From IMG/VR virus record IMGVR_UViG_3300037501_000255: a DNA stretch of 64,000 nucleotides. One strand, written 5' to 3'. Positions 46,817 through 55,701 of the stretch are shown here, piece after piece. The position numbers and the translations under genes were made by a program. Each line of letters opens with the position of its first letter. Within the stretch, counting starts at the first letter, position 1. The stretch is from a virus (Duplodnaviria; Caudoviricetes). Below the pieces are notes generated by a model. That model saw only the letters and a list, made by a program, of their open reading frames with translations. It did not search any database and was not told the DNA's origin.

Positions 46817-49800
46817 TCAGCCGGATGTGACGCTCTTACGACCAGCGGCAACACCACGCGGGTTAAGCACGCTGACACCGATAATTTCGCTCACAACCCA
46901 TCCCAACATCAGACGTTTTGGTTCATCAGCCGGAAGTGTCTCGATGTCCTGGCGAACTGGCATGACACCAACGAATTCCGGATCAGCGCAGGCGAAGACG
47001 GTACCCGGGGTAACGATCTTGCTCACGATGATATCGGCTCCGAAGATGCGGCCGTAAAGACCGGTCTGGAGAATTTCGCGGTGGGTTACCGGATCCACAT
47101 CGGCAACGCCAGCACCGTTCTGTGAGGACCACATACGGATGTCGTTTAGCTCGAAAATGTTCATGAAGAACTTCGTGGTTACGAGGTCCCAACGATCAAC
47201 CTGTGTAGCGATCTCAACGAGGTCGCGACGGGTTAGACCGCCATCAATAATATCCTGAGCGGTGTTTTCACCACCGAGTGAGGCGTCAGCAGCGAAATCA
47301 AGCGCTGCGAAAACGTTTGCGTCTTCTTGAGCTTGGCAGCTCTGTTAATCTCCAATCGCTTGGAGTGTCGGACTATACCTTCTGCTATTTTGTAGCAGCA
47401 CCATTTGTAGTCTCTGAGGGGACTAGTTTATACAACATACTAGGAACAACAATATTCCTTAACATGTCTGAAAGTTGCACGGAAGATTTCCTATCAAACG
47501 CAATTTCGTAACTAACTTCATTAGCAGTTGTGCGTTTTGAAATCCACGTCTTTAGCCCAAACTTGCGATTCAACATATCTCTTAATGCATTGACCTCATC
47601 TTTTGTAAATGAGTTTGTGTATAAGATATTTCGTTTGCAAGTACCTGTCAGCGAGCCATCATCCTGCAACCATACTGCTAAAGATATGATGTTAAAGTGT
47701 TCATTTATGAAATTCATATCTAAACTCTTTTTACCATTCTTATAAAATGCATGATATAATTGAAAGAATGCTGGGTGACTAACTGTGCTAAATGTGTATG
47801 AGTGATATACTTTATCGCCATTTCGATGTTGAGCTTGTCTTGGATATTTATTTGGATCCGGCAACCAATCCTTTAATGCCTCAAAGAGCCAAAATAAGTA
47901 CTCGCGATGTTTCGCTGACTGCTCAATTATTAATGACGGGTAAGTTTGAGAACCATCTCTAAGTCTAAGGTGACCATCGCCTAGTAAAAGACCAACAATA
48001 AGATTAACCTCTTGCTCGTCTAGTCTGGCTTTCGGATGACGCTCATACTGCTCGATTGCCTTAATCAAATACTTATTTCTAAGTCTGTGAACTTGTCCGA
48101 GTGTTAAGTCGAACTTGTCGGCAATTTCGCTATCTGAAAACTTCTTTACAACATATAGTTCGTGAAGTTTTTCGTAAGAAAGTATATCTTCAACCTTCAT
48201 TTTATCTATCCCCTGCTGATTGTCCCATACTGTTTAGATTTTTACTCGATTTATCGGTACTAAACAGCTTCGAGGATTTCCAGCATAACCTGGTATTTTA
48301 ACGGAGACCCAAGGTCAGTTGATCTCCTGGCGAGCCTTCTGAACGGCACGGTCAATAACATTGAACCGGCGCATCTTGACTTCGCGAATGCGCACAACCG
48401 GGTTCGAAACGATTTCGAATTCCGGAACGTGTACGCGGTCGCCGCGAACTTGTGACTCTGGTGCTGAACCGTTGGCGGAAACAACAACAGCGGCCACGTC
48501 GATATCGCGGTCATAAACAGCTAGCGCTCCGTTTGGTACAAAATGTTACTCTCTTTTCAGAGGGGCTAGTCATTTCTGCCAGCCTCTGCATATCGCTATG
48601 CAGGTCAGACTATATCACCTTCTACTTTGTAGAAGCTTCGCATGTAGTCGTTGAGGAACGGTTCATGATTTTATATTGCATAGATGGTATTACGAAATCT
48701 CTCACTATATCCGATATAATCTGCGTATTTCTTTTATTGAAAGATAGGAAGTAGTACTTCTTTTTATTCCTAGTATATTCACGCACATTACCATTTACAT
48801 TGAAGTTAATTTTGATTGCCTGTAACAATCTCATATTTTCTTTTAGTGTAAATGAATCGGTTTGCAATCTTAAGTTGACACCTTTATTTAAGGAGCCATC
48901 ATCCATAATCCAAACTGCAAGAGCAGGGGGAGTGAGCCACATTTCGATTTCATTAGGAACTATCTTAACAGAGTTCCTATAAAACACATCTCTTAGAACA
49001 TTAAACTCAATATGTGTTATCGTATTGAATTCAGTGTACTCAAATCCGGTCCTGGGGTCAATCCTATTCCGAAGCTCGAGGCTTATTGGAGTAAGTTGTT
49101 CATGTAACCATTTAGATAATTCGTTCTGCTTTTTACAGTGCGATATCATCAACCTGGCTAGGCGACCATGTTTAGCTATATGGCCATCCCCAAGCATTGT
49201 GCCCCAAACCAATTCCTTTTGAAATCTGGTTAATTGCACTTTTTTACGCATTTCAAAATTGCGCTTAGCATGATTTCTATCAATGCCAAGTTTTTTTAAT
49301 TTGCGTAGGACAGAAGATTTGTTTACGTTAAAGTGGTTCGCAATCTTACGACTGGACCAGCGCTGATTAACGTAGAGTTCGATCAACTCATTCTCTGCTA
49401 TCATTTTACCTTTCCTGCTGATTGTCTGCATCGTCAACTGATTTTCACTTACTCTTTTAAGCGATCCCGAGCGCAGTGCCACGAGATATATGTTTGAGTC
49501 AGTACAGTTGAATTCCCAGAGTTTCCAGCATACAGCGAAATTTTCCTGAGGGTTAGCTCAGGCCGCTACCATTAACGGGTCAACAACGAGCGCACGGCGA
49601 GCAACACCTTGATAATCAAGGTTGCGACGGATCGGGAGAGCCATCGCTTGGCCGAGAGCAATCTTGCCTTCAGTCGTCTGAAGAGCGCGCTTAACCATGT
49701 CGTCCTTCTGCTGTTCAGTGTAGGACGGCTTGCCAGCTAGGGACTGGTTCGCGCTCATATGGTTCTGAATAACACTTGCATACTTGGCAAGGTTAGAGAC

Positions 49801-49860
49801 TGCATCTGCAACGGACGTCGCATTCATCTCTCCCTTGTCATTAAAAAGACCTGTAGTCAT
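46817..49860 (-). CDS. Major capsid protein (HK97 fold), join(49575-49860, 48322-48538, 46817-47336), 340 aa after splicing
   Basis: Exon lengths 286+217+520=1023 nt join in frame: ...ARRALVVDP|LPNGALAVYDRD...QKARQE|IQAQEDANVFAAL...GRIFGADIIVSK...IIGVSVLNPRGV. SD AGGAG. Typical HK97-fold MCP motifs. Confidence 0.93.
47337..48321 (-). mobile_element. Group I intron 2 in the major capsid gene (985 nt)
   Basis: P1 GGAGAU/GUCUCC (U.G wobble); P10 CUUGG/CCAAG; P3 ACCA/UGGU; P4 UGCUG/CAGCA; P5 extension CUGUUUAG/CUAAACAG; P7 GACUA/UAGUC; P9 CUCCAA/UUGGAG; terminal G at 47337. Confidence 0.95.
47385..48200 (-). CDS. Intron-encoded HTH-LAGLIDADG endonuclease (intron 2)
   Basis: HTH SDSEIADKFDLTLGQVHRLR. 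Motifs LIVGLLLGDG and LAVWLQDDG. Confidence 0.92.
   Translation of the reverse strand: MKVEDILSYEKLHELYVVKKFSDSEIADKFDLTLGQVHRLRNKYLIKAIEQYERHPKARLDEQEVNLIVGLLLGDGHLRLRDGSQTYPSLIIEQSAKHREYLFWLFEALKDWLPDPNKYPRQAQHRNGDKVYHSYTFSTVSHPAFFQLYHAFYKNGKKSLDMNFINEHFNIISLAVWLQDDGSLTGTCKRNILYTNSFTKDEVNALRDMLNRKFGLKTWISKRTTANEVSYEIAFDRKSSVQLSDMLRNIVVPSMLYKLVPSETTNGAATK
48539..49574 (-). mobile_element. Group I intron 1 in the major capsid gene (1036 nt)
   Basis: Exon ends in U (CCGU) and pairs with IGS GCGG (U.G wobble). P10 UGGUA/UACCA; P2 CUGAG/CUCAG; P3 UUUCGC/GCGAAG; P4 UGCUG/CAGCA; P7 GACUA/UAGUC; P9 hairpins; terminal G at 48539. Confidence 0.95.
48622..49404 (-). CDS. Intron-encoded HTH-LAGLIDADG endonuclease (intron 1)
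   Basis: Start MIAENE at 49404, just after P4'/P6. HTH SSRKIANHFNVNKSSVLRKLKKLG. Motifs LVWGTMLGDG and LAVWIMDDG. The ORF runs through P7. Confidence 0.92.
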   Translation of the reverse strand: MIAENELIELYVNQRWSSRKIANHFNVNKSSVLRKLKKLGIDRNHAKRNFEMRKKVQLTRFQKELVWGTMLGDGHIAKHGRLARLMISHCKKQNELSKWLHEQLTPISLELRNRIDPRTGFEYTEFNTITHIEFNVLRDVFYRNSVKIVPNEIEMWLTPPALAVWIMDDGSLNKGVNLRLQTDSFTLKENMRLLQAIKINFNVNGNVREYTRNKKKYYFLSFNKRNTQIISDIVRDFVIPSMQYKIMNRSSTTTCEASTK

Positions 49861-50044
49861 GTAATATCTCCTGTAGATATAGTTTTTACTTACTCTTACT
49901 TAACCTTCCTATACTATCCTGGAGGTTTCTTATTATCACCTGTGCAATCACTGCATGTGGTTTTGAATTATGGCAGTTAGCACTGCCTATAACATTGAGA
50001 TGTGTAAAATTTACATCTCGTAGACTATTTACATTTATGCATAG

Positions 50045-50080
50045 AAAAAATTGTGGAGCGGGTCGCCCCACTCCACAATT
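50045..50080 (-). terminator. Rho-independent terminator between the decoration gene and the capsid gene
   Basis: AATTGTGGAGTGGG-GCGA-CCCGCTCCACAATTTTTT. Confidence 0.85.
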
Positions 50081-50103
50081 AAACCTAACTTATACACTAA
50101 CTA

Positions 50104-50775
50104 TCAGCGCGCGCCGTGACCGGCGTGGAACGCGACAACTACGCGTGGGTAGAGTACCGAAAGGGTAGTCGTACCAACCAGTTTGGCTGGGGTGGTGACG
50201 AGCGAACCACTCGAGGAGAACTCGACGAACGTAGCAACACCAGAGCTGGCAACGAGACCGCTACAATCTGCGTGAGCAAGCTTGGAAGCGCTATTAAAGC
50301 CAAGGGTAGCGCCCGGAAGCAGACCCGCGAATCCGATGCTGGATACGAAGTCTGAGGCCAGCGAGGAAACCGTAACCTCATAGAGCCCAGGCTTATCCCA
50401 GAGGGTTACCTTGCCAGAAGCTGCGGCGCTGTGCGGACCGAGGTTGGTGCCAGTGACCGCAAGGCCGGCTGTGGTGCCAATCGTCTGACCGAACATCGTG
50501 CCGTAACCAGCAAGACCGTCGTCGGCCAGAGCCAGCATACCATTTACGTCTGCAGCGAGCGCGAGGCGAGCGGCAGCGCGGTTAGCAATTGGGCCGGAGG
50601 CGTCATAAAGGTAGCCGTCAAGCGCGTCAGCGGCAGCCTTCTCGGAGGCCGAGAGGGACGTGGAGGCTGACGTGAGTGCCATAACCTCGCCGCCAGTAAC
50701 GGAGGCTAGGTCGGTGTCTAAGCAATCAAACTGACCAAGTGGCATAAGGCCAGGTTGTAATGGAAAAAGAGCCAT
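50104..50775 (-). CDS. Capsid decoration/cement protein
   Basis: Probable start MALFPLQPG at 50775 (SD AGGA). Directly upstream of the MCP, with MCP-like codon style and motif ASGKVTLWDKPGLYE. Confidence 0.7.
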   Translation of the reverse strand: MALFPLQPGLMPLGQFDCLDTDLASVTGGEVMALTSASTSLSASEKAAADALDGYLYDASGPIANRAAARLALAADVNGMLALADDGLAGYGTMFGQTIGTTAGLAVTGTNLGPHSAAASGKVTLWDKPGLYEVTVSSLASDFVSSIGFAGLLPGATLGFNSASKLAHADCSGLVASSGVATFVEFSSSGSLVTTPAKLVGTTTLSVLYPRVVVAFHAGHGAR

Positions 50776-50854
50776 AATTGAATCCTTTGTAAATTTTGTT
50801 TCGCCCTGCCCAAACAACTTGGGCTAGAAAAACAATTCAAAATCTGTACTTTTG

Positions 50855-50862
50855 TATTAGTA
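50855..50862 (-). promoter_or_regulatory. Candidate late promoter TACTAATA
   Basis: Intergenic, 80 nt upstream of the decoration gene start; recurrent motif. Confidence 0.55.
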
Positions 50863-50875
50863 GTCTACAACATCT

Positions 50876-52321
50876 TCACTGCAGCAGACTTTCGTGAGGC
50901 TGCATTACACGTGCAGATCGAAGCGCTTTAACCTGCTCTTCAGCCAGATCTACAAGATTGAAAATGCGATTTAACTCGGCAGCGCTCACAAGCAGAGCAT
51001 AATTTCCGCCGCTATCCATTTCCACAAATTTCGATATATTAAGGTCCATCGCAGTCTCTGCGGCAGCATCGGGGTCCTGTGCGGCTACGGCCTGCTGTAA
51101 ACGGCCGCGCAGACTGTCAACCATTGCTTTAATACCCTTGTACCAAGCATCATCGATTAATCCGCTAGCAACACCAATAGGCTGATATGCGCGATTAATA
51201 AATAACTGAGCTTGCATAGTCGCGTTTTTGTCAAGAGGCTGGCGTGATGATGTGTCCGCTTCCTCAACCGCATGCTCGGCATCCTGCATCTCCGGGGAAT
51301 CAAATTGATCTGCGTGCTGCCCATCGGATTGCTGGGATAGCCTTGTACCCTGCTCCTGAGCAAATCCCATTAACTTATTATAGCCTTCCATTACATTGGA
51401 CTCATACCACTTAAATGCTGGAAAGAATGCTCCGGCAAGTTTTACATCAATAATCTCATCACGCAATGGCTTGTAATCAGAGAAAGCCTTCTGTAAATCT
51501 TCGGTGGCAGACTGTAATTCCTGCATAGCAGCAGGAGTTTTTTGATTAGCATAAATATCAGATGCAGCTACCCAGCGATTCGTAGAAGCCTGCATGCGCG
51601 AAATAACTTCGCGAAGCTGGTATATGCGTGACTTAAATGCGGCGAAAGCGCTATCATCTTTCCACGAATCTACGTTGCCGGCCAGTTTATCTAGGTCTCG
51701 CGCAAGATTTTCCTGTTGACCTTTAAAACCATACCAGGCAGCTCCTGAAGTGCCTAGGATAGCCCCCAATCCCCACATCACCATGGGAACAGTCCATATC
51801 AAAGCAACCTTGGTGAGATTAGAATTTTTTTTTAAGGCATCTACTATAGAATTGGCCAGGGAGTCAAGTTCCTGTGCAGCAGAACTATCCCCTGTCGCAT
51901 CCAATTCCTGTGCCACAGTCAAAAGATCCTCGGCCAAAGCAGCGTACTTATGACCCACGCTACCAGACGGGTACTTATTGATCATCTCCACTAGCTTCTG
52001 ATGGAGCTCATTCCCATTCTCCACTAGCCCGCCATCCTCCATTGCATCTGCAATGTAAACCGGCTCGGGATGAGCCTCTCCAACCATATCTTTAATTTCT
52101 ACAGAGCGAAGTTTCTCACGTAGAATATCCCGCTCTTTCTTATCTGCAGCTGTAGATACAAAAGCATTTGTTTGCAGCGAAATTTGAGCAACATCTAAAT
52201 CAGGAGTCACATCTGGTAATTCTACAGTGGCGTGCCATAACGGCTCGACGGCAGGTGTCTCAGGTAGCGTACTGAGAATATTCGCATATGTACTCATAAT
52301 TTCATCAAGTTTCGTATTCAT
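50876..52321 (-). CDS. Putative inner-head/ejection protein (AHP pro-domain + TM helix + helical bundle)
   Basis: AHP domain, then LTKVA immediately followed by hydrophobic LIWTVPMVMWGLGAILGTSGAAWYGF. Confidence 0.55.
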   Translation of the reverse strand: MNTKLDEIMSTYANILSTLPETPAVEPLWHATVELPDVTPDLDVAQISLQTNAFVSTAADKKERDILREKLRSVEIKDMVGEAHPEPVYIADAMEDGGLVENGNELHQKLVEMINKYPSGSVGHKYAALAEDLLTVAQELDATGDSSAAQELDSLANSIVDALKKNSNLTKVALIWTVPMVMWGLGAILGTSGAAWYGFKGQQENLARDLDKLAGNVDSWKDDSAFAAFKSRIYQLREVISRMQASTNRWVAASDIYANQKTPAAMQELQSATEDLQKAFSDYKPLRDEIIDVKLAGAFFPAFKWYESNVMEGYNKLMGFAQEQGTRLSQQSDGQHADQFDSPEMQDAEHAVEEADTSSRQPLDKNATMQAQLFINRAYQPIGVASGLIDDAWYKGIKAMVDSLRGRLQQAVAAQDPDAAAETAMDLNISKFVEMDSGGNYALLVSAAELNRIFNLVDLAEEQVKALRSARVMQPHESLLQ

Positions 52322-52323
52322 AA

Positions 52324-53736
52324 TTAATCACCTAAGATGCTTTTTAACTCAGTATTTATATGCTGACTCATACTACGTGAACGTTTATTAGAAGAGGGGG
52401 TCTTTCCGCGAGCGCGTGGAGAATTGTATTGTGTTGCAGGCGGCGAGGTATACTGAGCACTCGGTGCCGATGGCGCAGTCGCGCGTGATGCGCCGCCACC
52501 CTTCATTGCTTTAAAGCCGGCAAATATTACAGCTGCCAATGCTGCAGCTAAGCCTAGCTTGCCAACTTTACCTTTAAACATGGAGATAAGACCGGCATCA
52601 CCCCCGCGTGCGGCAGCCATAAGGCGAGCCTGTCTCAACTCCTGCTTTTGAAAGTCTGCGCGATGTTTGAGGGTTTGACGATGCTCTGCATTGCGCATAT
52701 CAAGGCGCTTCTTTAATTCTTCACGCTCTGCGCGCGACATATTCTTTTTGGCACGCTCAAGCTCGTCATATGACATCGGGGTGCCTGAGATCGCCGCCAC
52801 CATAAGGCGATGTTGCTCAGGAGTAATCTTACCCATCACCAACTCTCGTTGAAGATCGAATTTTTGCTTCTCTTTCAAATACCTATCTTCAATTTCATAC
52901 TTAGTACGAATCTGATGCTCCATCGATTCGCGATCTCTGAGGAATTTTCCATGCTCCATTTCAGCATGGTGGCGATCCAAGTCTTTCTTCCGCTCATGTG
53001 CAGATGCCGCCTCGGCTTGGTCAATCTCGCGAAGCTTCAGCTGCTGATCGAATGTAAGTCCAGCATATTCGCGCCTACGCAAATGCTTGCGCCGGTCGAA
53101 TTCGTCACGTATCTCCATCTTCGCACGCTCCTGCGCTAGAGGAACTGACTTAGAGGCCGCAGGCGACTCCGTAGGCTTATCCGCAAAAGGCTGCTTTTGC
53201 CTTTGAGTCCATGGAGGTAAAATCTCTCCACCAGGAAGCTCAATGGGCGCTGGTGCCCTAGCCTTTGGTCCGCCAGCAGGTTGGGCAGCTTCAAATTCTA
53301 CCGGTGCAGGAGCTTTTGTTTTGACATTGGTAGTAGGCTGAGCTGCCTCGAAAGTTATTTTACTTTTTGGAGTACCCGCAGGCTGTTTAGCTGGCTCTGC
53401 TGCCAATACCACCCGACCGGACCGCAGAACCTCGGCACGAGCCTCTAGTTCGGGATACATTTCATCTGCCATCTGCCCAGCTAACTCTGACGGGTTTATA
53501 TTCGACAAATCTTTACCAGCCAGCTTCTCATCGAGCATGCGCCCCACATCAGCGAGACCTATGCCCATCATGCCGGCCGCAACATTCAGAATAGCTAGGG
53601 GACCGCTAACAAGCATTAACCCTCGCCCACCCCAGCGTAGGCTGTTTTCGAAAAAGCCCTTCTCATCATCCCATATTAGGTCTTTTATAACCTCGGGAAC
53701 TTCGCCTTGAAAAAAATCAGCCTGCTTTGAGATCAT
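52324..53736 (-). CDS. Putative inner-head/ejection protein with hydrophobic segments and charged coiled coil
   Basis: N-terminal GLMLVSGPLAILNVAAGMMGIGL, C-terminal LGLAAALAAVIFAGF, Pro/Ala linker with FEAAQP x2. Confidence 0.5.
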   Translation of the reverse strand: MISKQADFFQGEVPEVIKDLIWDDEKGFFENSLRWGGRGLMLVSGPLAILNVAAGMMGIGLADVGRMLDEKLAGKDLSNINPSELAGQMADEMYPELEARAEVLRSGRVVLAAEPAKQPAGTPKSKITFEAAQPTTNVKTKAPAPVEFEAAQPAGGPKARAPAPIELPGGEILPPWTQRQKQPFADKPTESPAASKSVPLAQERAKMEIRDEFDRRKHLRRREYAGLTFDQQLKLREIDQAEAASAHERKKDLDRHHAEMEHGKFLRDRESMEHQIRTKYEIEDRYLKEKQKFDLQRELVMGKITPEQHRLMVAAISGTPMSYDELERAKKNMSRAEREELKKRLDMRNAEHRQTLKHRADFQKQELRQARLMAAARGGDAGLISMFKGKVGKLGLAAALAAVIFAGFKAMKGGGASRATAPSAPSAQYTSPPATQYNSPRARGKTPSSNKRSRSMSQHINTELKSILGD

Positions 53737-54656
53737 CTGACTAACCCCATTTTGCGTAATTCTTCGGTAACTACACCTGTCAAAGATGCTTGATTTCGAC
53801 GCAGCTCATGCATATCAATGACGCGTGAATTAATATTCGGAGGAGTTTCCATAAACTTATCAGCACTTGGAAATCTAGTAAATATTACATTGATAATGTG
53901 AGACTTCTGAGCAGCTGAGGCCTTTTGGAATTCAGGAACAAGCGCCCCCAGTGCAGAGGCTAATGTGCCGGGCGCAGCACCACCTGGCGCCGTAGCGCCC
54001 TGGTCACGCAAGCGCCAAGACTCACGCAGGTCCTTATCAGCCTCAGTGATGACATAGAGTATGTTTGCGTTATTTGGATTATTTGGATCTAGTGAAGAGG
54101 AGATGGCCTGCGTGGCTGCTGTTAGCTGCTGCAGTCGCTGGGCTACGGGCAACGACATATCAATCAAGCCATTTTGTTCTAAAATAGCTTGATACATCAT
54201 GTACCCACGACTATATACAAGCGCTAGTGGCAACATACGTTGTTGGCCATTTGGTAATGTAATATTGTAATACGGAGTATCTTTTATAGTTTTAGCGGGC
54301 GCTGTTTCTCGTGGTATGATACGCTGTAGCTGATATACAATTTCAGCCACAGCCTGCGGATTTTGACGTAACCACGATACTTTAGTAGCTAATAACGACT
54401 CTAAGATCCGAGCAATCTGCTGCGACTCCGCATCCTCACGCCCAATTAATTCATTGCGCCAACCCTCCACGGCACTATGAGTATTTTGATCATATACTCC
54501 TGTCATCCCGTCCAGCGCTAATTTTTGCCTATCTCGCAGCATACGTTGGAGTTCAAGAATGGCAGGCTGCTGTTGAATCGTAGATGCGGGCCTATCCCCC
54601 GCTCGCGATCTGCCTCCGCCACCAGGGATCGGCGTGCTTTTACCAAAGCCCATCAC
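53733..54656 (-). CDS. Putative inner-head protein with peptidoglycan-binding-like N-terminal domain
   Basis: ILELQRML...LDGMTGVYDQNTHSAV resembles the PG_binding_1 pattern. Confidence 0.45.
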   Translation of the reverse strand: MMGFGKSTPIPGGGGRSRAGDRPASTIQQQPAILELQRMLRDRQKLALDGMTGVYDQNTHSAVEGWRNELIGREDAESQQIARILESLLATKVSWLRQNPQAVAEIVYQLQRIIPRETAPAKTIKDTPYYNITLPNGQQRMLPLALVYSRGYMMYQAILEQNGLIDMSLPVAQRLQQLTAATQAISSSLDPNNPNNANILYVITEADKDLRESWRLRDQGATAPGGAAPGTLASALGALVPEFQKASAAQKSHIINVIFTRFPSADKFMETPPNINSRVIDMHELRRNQASLTGVVTEELRKMGLVR

Positions 54657-55693
54657 TCACCCCCTGTTACATTTAGCGATACTCCCAATAATCTGGAGTC
54701 GACCTCATTCACTTTAGTTCGGAAAGCATAAAGAATCTGCTTTAATCCGGCAATAACTGGCGCATAGCTAGGGATTTGTGATGCGCGTATACGACCACCG
54801 TCGAGGCGCTCGCGTAGCCCAGGTAAGCGATTGAGATATCCAAGATTTGGTATATCTCTCATAAATTCAGCATGTAGCTTGTTATAATTCTGCGGACTCA
54901 TCTCAGACTTCCACTCTTCAGTGCGAGCATCTAAATCATCGTACTCATCTGCCATAGCTCCGACTTCACGAGCGAATTGCTGGAGTGCCTTGGCTTCTTC
55001 GGGAGTTGCCTGCGGAACTGTCGCGCGCTCGCGACTGGCGCCAGGAGACTCGGTACCACGAGCCCCAAACTGTGCAATACTCTGCAGTTGCTTCCTCAAC
55101 ATTGACGTAGCAACCAAAAGCTTCTTTGCCTCTGTAACCTTATCGCGAGTGATGTAACCCCATAATGAATCTCCGCCGCCCAGGGCCTCTGCTAGATCTG
55201 AGCTGATATCAAAACGTAATAATTTTTGCTCCAGAATGGATGCTTGGGCTGCTGCAGCATCCAATGTATTTGCAGATATTAACTCATCCAGCCTCAACAC
55301 ATCGCCGCGCAGTTCCTCATACAGTTTGCCAGCAGCATGGTTTTCAATATTTTTAGTATCTACCTGAGTGATGATATCTCTCATAATACCTATCAATCTT
55401 AGCACCTCAGAGACATCAGGAGAAGCTGCACCCCCCTGTCCTGCGACAGATATGAGCAGATCTATATCACTTACCGCCGAACGTACGCCTAAGGTATCAA
55501 GATTATTAGCGGCCAATATTAGGCGGCCAACGACAGATGATTTGGTAGCTACATCTAAATGACGTAGATGTGCTTCGTATAAATCTTCCACTAAACCCTC
55601 CCGAGAAGCTTCAGTCACCTGTGTGCCGCCACCAGGATGAGCTAATTGATTCATTTCCTCAGATGTTGGCAGGGGTAGCAAGCCTCTGTGCAT
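54653..55693 (-). CDS. Putative inner-head protein (AHP pro-domain family)
   Basis: EEMNQLAHPGGG...GLVEDLYEAH...LILAANNLDTLG. Confidence 0.55.
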   Translation of the reverse strand: MHRGLLPLPTSEEMNQLAHPGGGTQVTEASREGLVEDLYEAHLRHLDVATKSSVVGRLILAANNLDTLGVRSAVSDIDLLISVAGQGGAASPDVSEVLRLIGIMRDIITQVDTKNIENHAAGKLYEELRGDVLRLDELISANTLDAAAAQASILEQKLLRFDISSDLAEALGGGDSLWGYITRDKVTEAKKLLVATSMLRKQLQSIAQFGARGTESPGASRERATVPQATPEEAKALQQFAREVGAMADEYDDLDARTEEWKSEMSPQNYNKLHAEFMRDIPNLGYLNRLPGLRERLDGGRIRASQIPSYAPVIAGLKQILYAFRTKVNEVDSRLLGVSLNVTGGE

Positions 55694-55701
55694 GTATCAC
55701 C

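Noticed and set aside
46817-49860. Inteins as the explanation for LAGLIDADG domains in the capsid gene
   Set aside because: In-frame stops follow each exon, there are no Cys/Ser...His-Asn termini, and the RNA core elements and IGS pairing indicate group I introns.
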